A stretch of 38,564 nucleotides of DNA, taken from positions 1 to 38,564 of the IMG/VR virus record IMGVR_UViG_3300044847_000031. One strand, 5' to 3'. The notes beneath the pieces are model-generated. The model saw only the letters and a list, made by a program, of their open reading frames with translations, searched no databases and was not told where the DNA came from. Shown piece after piece: positions 6,902 to 16,417 of the stretch; position 1 is the stretch's first letter, and every line of letters starts with the position of its first letter. The stretch comes from a virus. Taxonomy: Duplodnaviria > Caudoviricetes. A program made the translations under genes and the position numbers.

Positions 6902-7414
6902 TCAAAACTTGATTCTGAGCGTGCCGTGCGCACCGAGAAACTGGTCCTCCCCGGCGATCTGGTCCAGCAGATAGTGATACTGTGCGCTCACCTGGAGGCC
7001 GAAGGCCTTCTCGGCCCAAAAGTTGATCCCCAAACCCACATGCGCCCCCCATTCAGGATCGAGGCCTTCGGGATCGAAGTAGCTGAGACCAACCGGGACG
7101 AAGAGGACTCCGGCCTTCGGTGTGTAGCTCGCTTCGTAGATATTCCCGCCTTTCAATTTCTCGCCCTCGAAGAGTAGGGAGGCCCGGTCGCTGGTCCAGT
7201 ATTCGAGCGAGGCCGAATATCCGGAATCGCGCACAGTCTTGTAGTCGGCAAGTGTCCCGGTCGTCGCGTAGCCGGCGCCGATGGCGAGGTCTCCTTTCTT
7301 CGCTTCCTCGGCCGTCGCTGGGATCGCCAGGAAGACGGACAATAGGGCAAGGGCGATGAGCAGAACGGTCGGTTTGCGCGGCTTCCGGGTCGACTTCTTT
7401 TTGTAGATCGGCAT
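6902..7414 (-). CDS. Outer-membrane beta-barrel protein (small Lom/Ail/OmpA-like barrel)
   Basis: Signal peptide ending ATA, alternating aromatic/hydrophobic strands (WGAHVGLGINFW, FGLQVSAQYHY), C-terminal Phe. Confidence 0.7.
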   Translation of the reverse strand: MPIYKKKSTRKPRKPTVLLIALALLSVFLAIPATAEEAKKGDLAIGAGYATTGTLADYKTVRDSGYSASLEYWTSDRASLLFEGEKLKGGNIYEASYTPKAGVLFVPVGLSYFDPEGLDPEWGAHVGLGINFWAEKAFGLQVSAQYHYLLDQIAGEDQFLGAHGTLRIKF

Positions 7415-7429
7415 GATGGATCCTCCTTG

Positions 7430-7684
7430 TTACGGTTGAACGAGCTGCCATCCGTGCTTGACCAGGACTCCAATTTCGTCGGCTTCCTCCCAGCAAGGCC
7501 TTCCGTAGATCGCGTTCCCATCCTTCATCCTGGCGAATGACCTGAAGGGTCCAGGCAATGGGTTGAGCGTGCAAACGCCGGCGGCCTCGACCTCGACCAC
7601 GACACCGCTTCTCTGGTGCCGGTAGTAGCGAACCGGAAACTTCAACTCGGTGTGCCGTTGTTTGAAGTAGTGGAATCTGCTCAT
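7430..7684 (-). CDS. Hypothetical protein
   Basis: 84-aa ORF coupled (ATGA) to the upstream gene. Confidence 0.5.
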   Translation of the reverse strand: MSRFHYFKQRHTELKFPVRYYRHQRSGVVVEVEAAGVCTLNPLPGPFRSFARMKDGNAIYGRPCWEEADEIGVLVKHGWQLVQP

Positions 7685-8112
7685 CCGCCAAGCCTATCCG
7701 GAGGGTTTGGTCTCCACGCGATTTCTCCGGTCAACAGCATCCGCATCGTTCTCCCGACATCCCGCATCTCGATGAGAACCTTCTCGTTGGATTCAACGAG
7801 ACTCGTCACCTTCTCGGCGAGGTGATCGACGTTCAGCGCGGTTTTCTCGCTCAATACCTTGTAGTCCTGGAATTCCTTGACGAGTGGGACCACCTCGCTC
7901 AGGTGCTCTCTCAGTCCTTCCTCGACCATTGCGAGGCGGTCTTTGTCCTTCTGCTCCCTCTCGCCCTCTTCCCTGGCTAGTCGGAGACGCGTAGCACGCG
8001 AGCCCGACCAGCGCCCCGCGAGCGTCATGATCCCAACGGTCGCTATCGTCGCGGCAATGAGCAACGCCGCTTCGTCCTTTCCGATCGTGATCGCCATCGG
8101 CCAGACATCCAT
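7681..8112 (-). CDS. Membrane-anchored coiled-coil protein (holin or inner-spanin candidate)
   Basis: N-terminal TM helix AALLIAATIATVGIMTLAG followed by a long heptad-rich helix; directly after the endolysin. Confidence 0.55.
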   Translation of the reverse strand: MDVWPMAITIGKDEAALLIAATIATVGIMTLAGRWSGSRATRLRLAREEGEREQKDKDRLAMVEEGLREHLSEVVPLVKEFQDYKVLSEKTALNVDHLAEKVTSLVESNEKVLIEMRDVGRTMRMLLTGEIAWRPNPPDRLGG

Positions 8113-8633
8113 CAGGCCAGATCCCTCTCCAGTTGGATATAGGCTTCGGTCGCCCGCTCAATGTATTCCGTCGGCACGATCTTGTCCCGGGGGTTGCCGC
8201 TGTTCCAGGCGTCGAAAAGATGGATGATCGTTTCGCCTTGAAGGGCATCGAAGACCCGGCGATTCATCACGGCCACGACGTAAGGACCGCTCACCTCCGG
8301 ATCGCGCAGGAGGACCGGATCGCCCGTGAATCCAGCCTCAACGGCTGTGATGTAGAGAATTTGCCACGGACCCCAAGAACTGTGCGCGCAGCATCCCCAT
8401 ACCCTTGAGAGGTCACGCAGACGGATGCTGTGGTATCGGCCACCGTAGCAGTAGGCCGTCTCGTGCTTCGACGCCATCGCCCGAACGCCGCCGCTGGTCT
8501 CGACATGAGCGATGGCCAGGAGTGCGGTCACTGGATCGATCTTGGAGTTGGCCTCGAGGTGCAGCAGGGGGGCAAGGCGTTGCGCGGCTGCCATCACGTT
8601 CGCGGCGATCTGGATCACCTCAGCTACCCCCAC
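8112..8633 (-). CDS. Endolysin, lysozyme-like lytic transglycosylase (SLT-type)
   Basis: AIAHVETSG (catalytic Glu), SSWGPWQI and DAWNSG motifs of the SLT/goose-lysozyme fold. Confidence 0.75.
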   Translation of the reverse strand: MGVAEVIQIAANVMAAAQRLAPLLHLEANSKIDPVTALLAIAHVETSGGVRAMASKHETAYCYGGRYHSIRLRDLSRVWGCCAHSSWGPWQILYITAVEAGFTGDPVLLRDPEVSGPYVVAVMNRRVFDALQGETIIHLFDAWNSGNPRDKIVPTEYIERATEAYIQLERDLA

Positions 8634-9012
8634 AGTCCGGGCTCAAGAGCCCACCAGCATCAACAGCGCAGACCCGGAGGAATATAACACAGTCGAGGCA
8701 CGTCGGCATATGCAAATCAGCGTCCGAAGCGCACACGGTAGCGTCCGAGACCTGGGGCTCCTCTCGAAGGGCCTGCCAGGGGGTCCGCGGATCATAGTTG
8801 CAGCAGGGCACCAGGATCGGATTCCCAGCCTCGTCCACGCTGGCGCAGAGCGTGTGATTGCAAACCATCACCGAGGCCTGGATCTCGTAGTGCGTTACGT
8901 CGGCATCAGGCACGCGGTCCCACGCCCAGCCCGGCGTGCTGCAGGCAGGGGAAAGAAGAAGCAAGGTCAACGCTGCTGGCCACGCCGAGAACAGGAGATC
9001 CGTCGGAATCAT
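8620..9012 (-). CDS. Cys-rich putative lipoprotein with FN3-like pattern
   Basis: LLLLSPAC lipobox-like motif; WAWDRVPDADVTHYEI...FLRVCAVDAGG resembles FN3 strands. Confidence 0.5.
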   Translation of the reverse strand: MIPTDLLFSAWPAALTLLLLSPACSTPGWAWDRVPDADVTHYEIQASVMVCNHTLCASVDEAGNPILVPCCNYDPRTPWQALREEPQVSDATVCASDADLHMPTCLDCVIFLRVCAVDAGGLLSPDCGGS

Positions 9013-12000
9013 CGGCCCGCGCTCCTGCGGCGCAGCGCGTCCGACAATTTCATCGGCTTCCGCGCCGGTGCCTTGCGAAATCGCTTCGTCAGTTCCTTCC
9101 GCTCGCTCATGTAGTCCTCGAGTTCCTTCCCGTGCATCCTCTCGAAGTCGCGGATCTCGGCGGGCGTTCCCTCCTGCTCAACCTTGTGATGGGACCGATA
9201 GAGCGCCTCACCCTTGATGTAGCGGTCGTAGTCCTCGCGACCCCCCGCCTCTCCTTCTGGCCTCCGGTAGTAGAACCGACTCAGGACCGGAAGACGCTCA
9301 GGGGCGGTAACCGACGGAGCACCCTCTTCGGCCGGTTCATAGAGTCCGGCCTTGCGGCCGGCGATGTCGGCGATCTGGAGGGCCCCCGTCCCAACCCCGC
9401 CGGCGGTGCTCCGGACGAATTGCTCGACCTTCGCCGGGGGTAGAGAAAGCCCCATCCGGGCTCCAACCTTCCCGATGGCCTTCGCTGTGGGTCCGGTTGT
9501 CTTGCGGTATTGCATCTCCGGCGGAAACTCCTTCCTGGACTCCGGAACGGTCGCTTGCCCGGTCCAGGCGCTTTTGTTGGCCCACCACTCGCCGATGGCT
9601 GTGGCGATGGTAGGGGTCGGAAGCCCGGACTGACCCGGGAGCGCCGCCTGAAGGAGTTTCTCGGAGAAGTCCTTGAAGCCGGAAGGGTCCTTCTTCTCGA
9701 ACCACTCGAGGCCGCGCTCGAGAAGGCTTCCGCCGAGGAGCCCATAGAGGTGTGGCTTGGGGATGGTGACCCAGCCGTGCCGTTCGCCACTCCCCAGAGG
9801 AGCGTTCCAGAAAAGATCCTTCCGCCAAGGCGGCAGCGCCTTGTATTCCGGATCGTCGTGGTTCAACGAATAGAGAATCGCCGATGGGATCGTCACTCCG
9901 ACCGCCACGCGCGCCAGGGTGCGCGACGGATGCCCGCGCGCAATGCGACCCGTCTGGATTACGGCCTGTAGGTTCGCATTGTAGAAGGCCGAGATCATGT
10001 TGACCGCGCGCATGGAGTTTCCGACGCGCGAAAAGTTGACGGTTACCTCCTGGGCCGCGCGCGCCGCCCTCCCGACCGTCTCCGGGGCCTTCCTTCCGGT
10101 AACGGTCAGCGCTCCTCGGACCCGGCCCACGCCCTCCCGCGCGCGCCGATACTCCGCGAGTCTGGTGCTGTTCTCGACGTATTCGTTGATGAGCCGGACG
10201 GCGTCCACTGGATGAACTGCCCGGATCCGGTTCGCGATGGCGTTGATACGACGCTGCAGGGGGCCAGCCAGGGGTCCGACCCGACGACCACCCGCGATCT
10301 GCTGAAGCGCACGACCCGCGTAATCCCGGTCGAAGCTGGCCAATGTTCCCCGCGAGGCCCCGGAAACGCGGAATTCCTGGAAGATCGGATCGTTGCGATA
10401 CATGGCGCGCATCGCCCGGGCAGGGTCGATGAATGGGACCATGCCGTAGTCGCTCTGCAAGAACGCCGTCATCTGGTCCCGCAGGAAGTTGACCGAGGTG
10501 AATGCCAGGTTCATCCACGTCGCGCCGGCGCGCAGCGCCCTCGCCGGCATGGAGAGAATCCGCACCAGCGCCGGCACGTCCTCCTTGCCGATGGAGAGAA
10601 TCGCGCGCTGGAGCTCCTCCGGCTTGACGACCATGAATTTCGCCCGCCCATGCTCCATCGCCATCGTCAAACCCTTCCGAATCGAGCCCATCACGGATGG
10701 ACGGAAGGCGATGACCGTCTGCATGGCCGAGTCGGCAGGGAGCGACTCCAGAAACGTCTTGAAGTCGGGTTCCGGGATCTCGACGAGACCGGCTTGATAG
10801 AGCTGGCGAATCGCGTCAACAATGGGAACCTTCTGCGCTTCCTGCTGGACCGGGACGATCTCGATCCATCGCCCGGCCCCCTCGGTGTCTCGGGCGAGCC
10901 GGTAGAGCTCGAGGATCGGCTTGTTGCTCTCGACACGGTTGACGAACGTGTAGGCGTTGCGCACCATGCTTTCGAGTGGATCGATCGCGATCTGCGTGCC
11001 GCCCTTCATGCGCTTGATAGGGGAGAAGATGTTGGCGAACCGACCGGAACCAGGGAGAGAGACATTTCCCTCCACGAGGCGATACCACGGGATGTATTGG
11101 AAGTAGGTCTCCCGCATCGTCTTCGCGGCTTCGGCCTTCAGAATGTGCCCGTCGACGAGGTATTTCAGCAAGCTATCCTGCCATCTGTAGAGGCCCTCGG
11201 CTGCCTTCTCGAGCTCGCCGAAGTGCGAGAGGCCCTTCAACTCGTCGAGCGCACCCTTGGCCTCCTCGAACGTCAGGCCCGTCATCTTCCCCTTGGGGAG
11301 ATGCTCGATCGTGTGCCTCGCCGCCAAGAGCACCCGCAGGTCGTCCAGCTTCTTGCTCACGGGCTCGAGAACCTGTTTCAGACCCGGGCCGACCCTTTTA
11401 CCCCGGGTGTCGATCGCGCGGTGCAGAAGGAATTCGTCGGCCTTCGCCGTCCAGCCGGCGTGCAGCATCGCCGCCTGATAGGCATCATGCGGAGAGTTCG
11501 GGTTGGTCTTGAGCATCTCCTGGGTGTAGAGCCTGAGGCTGTTGAGGCTGTCGTAGGTGTCGGCGACCAGACCCTCGGCCGTCATCGGGCGCGACCGCTC
11601 CTTCCCGATGCTCATTTGCGCGAGCACCTTGGCGGAGTTGGGCTGGCTCTCGATCTTCTCAATGAGTCGCCGGGCCTCGAGGAGCGTGTCGCGGATGTAG
11701 GGTTGCCCGTCCAGCCGGCGACCGACCTCGGCGGAGTAGAGAGGGAATTCCCGGGCGGCGCGCGCCGGGTCTGTCAGGTGAAACTTGAACCACTCGGCGA
11801 CACCCTCGGCCGCATAACCGCCGGTGGGGCGTCTGCTGCCGTAGAGCCGCTTCCCAGCAGCGAGTAGTTCCTGCTGCATCGCCCGCTGTTCCGGCGTGAG
11901 GCGTAGCCCTTTAGGCGCACGCTTCCCAAGTGGCTTCCCAAGATTGAGCCCGAGAACCTTGTCGAGGAAGTGTCCCACTTCGTGCGCGATGGTCGGCAGG

Positions 12001-14561
12001 CCGTTGAGCTTCCACACCCGGATCGCTTCCTGTTTGACCTTGAAGAATCCCGCCCATTGCTTCCCGAGACTCCGGTAGAGCCCGGTCCGGATGGGGACCT
12101 GAAGACGTGCCTCGAGAAACTTCCGCACCTGGTGCGGGGAGATCGGGTCCGCGCCTTCCGCCATCGGCACTTTCGGCGCGGTCGGGCCGACGGCCATTTG
12201 CGCCGGGACCGGAGCCTCGCCCCCGAGCCGCTGGGGAAACTGCGCCTCCATCGGGGAGCCAGCCGCACCACCTGCGGTCCCAGGGAGTTTCCCCTGCTTC
12301 CGCTGAAACTCCTGCTCCTCGGCCGCCTCGAAGAGCTCGCCCTTGGGTGCCTCTGGTCCTGCCGCTCGCTTTCGGCGTTTCTCGAGTTCGAGTGCGCGCA
12401 GCTGCTCGGCCGTGGAGGCCTTGAAACCACCGCCGGGGAGTTCGGGCTCCTTCCACTTCTCTTCGAGTCGAGCCGCCTCCTCCGCATAGGCTCGTGGTTT
12501 CATTCCGCGGCTTGCAAGGTCTCGCAGTTCAGAGGCACGCGAAAGATCCGACTCCTTTCCGCTCGGTTGCCTGCCAGGGCTAGGAGGTTCGAGTCCTTCC
12601 TCTCCGAAGAGTTCCTTTCTGGTTCGCTCGATGGCCGCCTGCCTTGAACGCTCCGAAACACGTCCAGATGGAGAAAGGATTCCGTGGTCGATCGACGTCC
12701 GTTGGGATGCCACCTCCGTTGGCTCTTCCTTCGGCCCGACCATCACCCGGCTTTCACCCTCGCGCACCTGGAAATATTTCGACTCACCATCGGCAGTCGT
12801 GACGCGGATCATCGTGCTTCCGGCCGGTCCGGGGACTTGGTCCTCATATCTTCCTGACCTCACCTCTCCGCGATCTTCCCACACAAGATCCCGCCCTTTC
12901 AGCGGACCAGGCTTGAGCGCCCCGGACTCATCGAACTGCAGTGGATGACTTCCAGCGGGGGCCTTGACCGTCTGACGACGCTCCACCGCGCCGGTTCCCG
13001 GGACTTCTTCGGCACGGACCGGGGCCGGCTTCTGCACCAGAGGCCGTTTCCCGCCCTGGTAGATCTCCTCGACCGTGAGCTGGTCGAAGGCATCGACGGT
13101 GACACGCTTCCCGTCGGCCAGCTTGATTTTCCCTCCCGAGGTATCCACGACCCGGTAGGTGTCCGGCGGGATGTCCCCGGCTGGGCCGGTCCGGATGGTG
13201 TCTCCCGGCCGGAGCTCCTTCCCCGTGACGGCGCCAGTGATGAGATCTCCGACGGGGGTCGGCTGCGCTGGCGGCTTCATGCGCTCGAAGGCCTCGGCGA
13301 TGTCGGTGTCTCTGGTTTGGAAGGCTCGGGCTTTCTCCAACAGAAGGTCGGCGAGCGCTCCCTCCTTGTTCGCGGAACCTGAGAAGTCGGCCAGACCCTC
13401 GGCCTCGAGACGTTCGGCGAGGACGTCAGCTCCGATCTTCCCCTTGCCAGCCGAGACCAGTTGTCTCTTGTATCGCTGGTTGAGGGGGGACCGGAGGAAG
13501 TCCTTCGCCGCATCGCGGCCGATGACGCGGACCAGCGTTTGGTAGCCGACCCCACCCTCCCCGGCGATGAGGTTGAAAAAGGGCGCCTCGGAGGCCTCGG
13601 CGAGCCCCTTCTGCTCCTTCACCCAGCGGTTCTTTTCGGTTTCGAAGAAGCCCTTCACTGGACGCTGACCACGTGGGGTCGGTGGGGGAACTACTGGAGG
13701 CTCAACACTGGGCGGCACGGCGACAGCAGGGAGAGGTTCCAACCCCGGCAGATTCCTGGCTATGACCTGCTCCCCGCCAGTTTCGACGGGCACCGTTGGG
13801 GCTGCTGGTGGGGCCAGTTCCCTCCTGACATCCTCCTCCAGGGGCTTCAGGTGTTCCTCGATGGCTCGGGTAGCCTCCGAGGGCATCCTGGGGCCAGGAA
13901 GGCCCTCTAGGAGAGGCTTGGGCCCGAGGCGTCCGGCAACGCCCGTAACGGCTCCGGCGGCCATCGCGTAGGGCGTGAGGGCGGCCGTGGGGTCCTCCAG
14001 GAACTCCCGGCCGAGACTTCCGGTCCGCATCTGCCGTGCGATGTCCGGTGCCCCGGTAAATTCTTGTGGTATTTCCGCCACAGCCCGGGCCGTCCCCCGC
14101 AGCACGCCCTCCCGCCGAATCCTGTCCCTGACCGCTGCGGCCAGCCCATAGGGCAGGGTCGCCACTCCCAGCGCCCCCCGCTCGGCCCCCGCCAACGCCC
14201 GGCGCCCGAACTTGTAGAGCGGAGAGGTCCCGGCGTCCTCCTGGCTGGACCCTATTTCGGCCTCATAGACCCGCTGTGGCAGGCCGGCCATGTAGTCGAT
14301 GTTCTGATTGATTCGATCCGTGATGGACGCCCCAGAGGCCGCTGGGGGCTCGGTGGCGGGCAAACGGCGGAGCTGGGTGATGTCGGCGCCCGGCTCCTCG
14401 GGGTGCCTGCCGAAGGTCAGACGGCTGGGCCTGGTGGCAACAGGTGGACGCGAGGGAACGTAATCGTATGGATCGTAGGAGTCGAGGCCACGCGGGGCGG
14501 CCTTTCTCCTGCTGCGGGCTGGGATGTAGTTTTCGGGATCGTAGTCATCAAGGCCCGGCAT
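9009..14561 (-). CDS. Large polyvalent internal-virion/ejection protein with zincin-like HExxH motif and C-terminal LPD38-like domain
   Basis: ~1850 aa from ATG 14561. TIAHEVGHFLD (HEVGH at 11970-11984) followed by AEGVAEWF; C-terminal YKALPPWRKDLFW...IPKPHLYG pattern of LPD38; last gene of the ejection cluster. Confidence 0.7.
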   Translation of the reverse strand: MPGLDDYDPENYIPARSRRKAAPRGLDSYDPYDYVPSRPPVATRPSRLTFGRHPEEPGADITQLRRLPATEPPAASGASITDRINQNIDYMAGLPQRVYEAEIGSSQEDAGTSPLYKFGRRALAGAERGALGVATLPYGLAAAVRDRIRREGVLRGTARAVAEIPQEFTGAPDIARQMRTGSLGREFLEDPTAALTPYAMAAGAVTGVAGRLGPKPLLEGLPGPRMPSEATRAIEEHLKPLEEDVRRELAPPAAPTVPVETGGEQVIARNLPGLEPLPAVAVPPSVEPPVVPPPTPRGQRPVKGFFETEKNRWVKEQKGLAEASEAPFFNLIAGEGGVGYQTLVRVIGRDAAKDFLRSPLNQRYKRQLVSAGKGKIGADVLAERLEAEGLADFSGSANKEGALADLLLEKARAFQTRDTDIAEAFERMKPPAQPTPVGDLITGAVTGKELRPGDTIRTGPAGDIPPDTYRVVDTSGGKIKLADGKRVTVDAFDQLTVEEIYQGGKRPLVQKPAPVRAEEVPGTGAVERRQTVKAPAGSHPLQFDESGALKPGPLKGRDLVWEDRGEVRSGRYEDQVPGPAGSTMIRVTTADGESKYFQVREGESRVMVGPKEEPTEVASQRTSIDHGILSPSGRVSERSRQAAIERTRKELFGEEGLEPPSPGRQPSGKESDLSRASELRDLASRGMKPRAYAEEAARLEEKWKEPELPGGGFKASTAEQLRALELEKRRKRAAGPEAPKGELFEAAEEQEFQRKQGKLPGTAGGAAGSPMEAQFPQRLGGEAPVPAQMAVGPTAPKVPMAEGADPISPHQVRKFLEARLQVPIRTGLYRSLGKQWAGFFKVKQEAIRVWKLNGLPTIAHEVGHFLDKVLGLNLGKPLGKRAPKGLRLTPEQRAMQQELLAAGKRLYGSRRPTGGYAAEGVAEWFKFHLTDPARAAREFPLYSAEVGRRLDGQPYIRDTLLEARRLIEKIESQPNSAKVLAQMSIGKERSRPMTAEGLVADTYDSLNSLRLYTQEMLKTNPNSPHDAYQAAMLHAGWTAKADEFLLHRAIDTRGKRVGPGLKQVLEPVSKKLDDLRVLLAARHTIEHLPKGKMTGLTFEEAKGALDELKGLSHFGELEKAAEGLYRWQDSLLKYLVDGHILKAEAAKTMRETYFQYIPWYRLVEGNVSLPGSGRFANIFSPIKRMKGGTQIAIDPLESMVRNAYTFVNRVESNKPILELYRLARDTEGAGRWIEIVPVQQEAQKVPIVDAIRQLYQAGLVEIPEPDFKTFLESLPADSAMQTVIAFRPSVMGSIRKGLTMAMEHGRAKFMVVKPEELQRAILSIGKEDVPALVRILSMPARALRAGATWMNLAFTSVNFLRDQMTAFLQSDYGMVPFIDPARAMRAMYRNDPIFQEFRVSGASRGTLASFDRDYAGRALQQIAGGRRVGPLAGPLQRRINAIANRIRAVHPVDAVRLINEYVENSTRLAEYRRAREGVGRVRGALTVTGRKAPETVGRAARAAQEVTVNFSRVGNSMRAVNMISAFYNANLQAVIQTGRIARGHPSRTLARVAVGVTIPSAILYSLNHDDPEYKALPPWRKDLFWNAPLGSGERHGWVTIPKPHLYGLLGGSLLERGLEWFEKKDPSGFKDFSEKLLQAALPGQSGLPTPTIATAIGEWWANKSAWTGQATVPESRKEFPPEMQYRKTTGPTAKAIGKVGARMGLSLPPAKVEQFVRSTAGGVGTGALQIADIAGRKAGLYEPAEEGAPSVTAPERLPVLSRFYYRRPEGEAGGREDYDRYIKGEALYRSHHKVEQEGTPAEIRDFERMHGKELEDYMSERKELTKRFRKAPARKPMKLSDALRRRSAGR

Positions 14562-15633
14562 TCGCTTTCCGCCATCTCGCCAACCACGCGGCCCGTTTCT
14601 CGGGAGTAGCGGCCGAGAGATCACGCCCAAGATCCGGATCCTGCGAGGAGAGCCACTTCACGATCTCGGCATCCGAGGCGTCGGCCGGCGGCGCTTCTCC
14701 GCCCGGTGCGGCTGGACCGCCCGCCATCTCGTCCTCCGTGAAATCCTCGGCTGGAGTCCGAGTCCCCTCCGTGCGCCTCACCTGCGCCCAAAGGCGATCC
14801 ATCTCCTTGACCGCCGCATCGTTCTTGAGCTTGAGCGCCTTGTAGGTCTCGCGATTGCTCAGGCCGGTGGCCGGATCGATCTTCGCCTGCTTCTCCGGAC
14901 CCAGCGCGCTGATGGACCTCATCTGCGCGTTGTAGTCGCTGCTTTCGTCGCGCAGCTTGTTGATCTTCTTGATCGAGTCCTCGACGAAACGTCGGTCCCG
15001 ATCCGCGTTGGCTTCTCTCGAGGCGGCGGTCCCTTTCTTCTCGGGTGCCGGCGGCGCCGAATAGATGACCCTGCCGGTTTCTGGATCGACGAGCTGGTGA
15101 CCAGGAGCCACGGACGCCGGACGCTGCATCTTTTCCGGCTTGGGCGTCTTGAGAAGCTTCCCGGGCTCGAGTGGGTTCCTGACGTAGCCCTCGGGGATTT
15201 CGGCAGTCTCGCGCAGGCGCTGCCGCTCTCGGATCCACTCCGCGACCTCCGGTGATGCTGCGAGCGACGGATCCGAATACTTCTCGGCCAGTTCGTCACG
15301 TTTCTGGATAATGCGCTCCCGATCTTGGTGCTCGCGTTCCTTTCGTTTGTAGTAGGACTGCTTCGCCGCCATCAGAGTCCGAATGCCCTGCTCGCCACCC
15401 CCTGCGGCAGCGAGAAATCCCGCGAGGGAGGGCTTGCGGATGAAAAGCGGCGCCTCCTCCGTGTCACCTGGACGCTGGTCCACGAATCGGCGAGACATTT
15501 CCAGCGGCTCGCCTTCTCGGTTCGGCCGGGAAATGTCCGGTGCCAGCCCGGAGGGCCCCGCTTCGGAAACCGCAGGGAAGGGCTTGCGCTCGCGCTTGGC
15601 GATGATCGCTTGGATCAACCCCTGGTCCGGCAT
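14548..15633 (-). CDS. Internal virion/DNA-ejection protein
   Basis: Charged helical protein with VAPGHQLVDPETGRVIY motif, between tail genes and the giant protein. Confidence 0.55.
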   Translation of the reverse strand: MPDQGLIQAIIAKRERKPFPAVSEAGPSGLAPDISRPNREGEPLEMSRRFVDQRPGDTEEAPLFIRKPSLAGFLAAAGGGEQGIRTLMAAKQSYYKRKEREHQDRERIIQKRDELAEKYSDPSLAASPEVAEWIRERQRLRETAEIPEGYVRNPLEPGKLLKTPKPEKMQRPASVAPGHQLVDPETGRVIYSAPPAPEKKGTAASREANADRDRRFVEDSIKKINKLRDESSDYNAQMRSISALGPEKQAKIDPATGLSNRETYKALKLKNDAAVKEMDRLWAQVRRTEGTRTPAEDFTEDEMAGGPAAPGGEAPPADASDAEIVKWLSSQDPDLGRDLSAATPEKRAAWLARWRKANAGP

Positions 15634-15860
15634 TAGACCGTCTCCTTGGACTGCTTCATGCCGCGCACGATGTCCACGAGCTGCTTTCGCTTTCTCAGCT
15701 TCTCCTCCTGTTGCCGTGCCTTCTCTTCCGGCGTCAGTCCGCTCTCGGGTTCCGTTTCCTCCAAACCGGAGGTGATGTCCCGGTAGCTTCGATAGCCGAA
15801 TCGGGCGCGCCTCTCTCGCTGCGACAGGACGGCATCCATCAATCCGTTGGCTGCCATCAC
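15633..15860 (-). CDS. Small charged protein, ejection cluster
   Basis: Coupled ORF, basic/helical. Confidence 0.5.
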   Translation of the reverse strand: MMAANGLMDAVLSQRERRARFGYRSYRDITSGLEETEPESGLTPEEKARQQEEKLRKRKQLVDIVRGMKQSKETV

Positions 15861-16408
15861 ATTAATCCGGCGCCCATCATGGCGGAATCTCCGGCCTCCC
15901 CCAGGCCGCCGTACAGCTTTTCGGTTTCCTCTCGCCGCGCCTTCTTGTAGACGTTGTGGCCTCCGACGCCGAACTCATAGGCACCGGTCACGGCCGCGAT
16001 TCGCGCCAGTTTGTCGGCCCGTCGCTGCTCGGCGTCGTCGATGATCATGCGGCGCTTGAGTTCGTTCACCCGCTGGACGTTCGCCAGATCCTCCCGCTGC
16101 TTCGCGCGCGCATACATCGCCGACTGAAGCCCGAGTCCCCCGCTGGCGCGAAACCGATCCTCGGTGCGCTGCCGCTCGGCTGCAGCCTCGCCGGCGGCAA
16201 GGTCTCTACCTTCGCCGAACTTCCCCTCCATCTGCTCCGGGGTGTAGCCGAGCGTCGAGCCGGTGTAGGCCTCTGGCGTGTAGAGGCTCTTGATGTCGGC
16301 GAGCTGCTTGTTCTCATAGTAGCGCGTGTATTGCGGCTTGTAGGGGAGGTTCCGCCTCAAATTGCGGTAACCCCCGAAAGCCTTCATCAATCCGCCAGCA
16401 AGTCCCAT
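15857..16408 (-). CDS. Internal virion/ejection (pilot-like) protein
   Basis: Gly/Ala/Met-rich termini and helical core; first gene after the tail fibres. Confidence 0.55.
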   Translation of the reverse strand: MGLAGGLMKAFGGYRNLRRNLPYKPQYTRYYENKQLADIKSLYTPEAYTGSTLGYTPEQMEGKFGEGRDLAAGEAAAERQRTEDRFRASGGLGLQSAMYARAKQREDLANVQRVNELKRRMIIDDAEQRRADKLARIAAVTGAYEFGVGGHNVYKKARREETEKLYGGLGEAGDSAMMGAGLM

Positions 16409-16417
16409 CGGTTCCCC

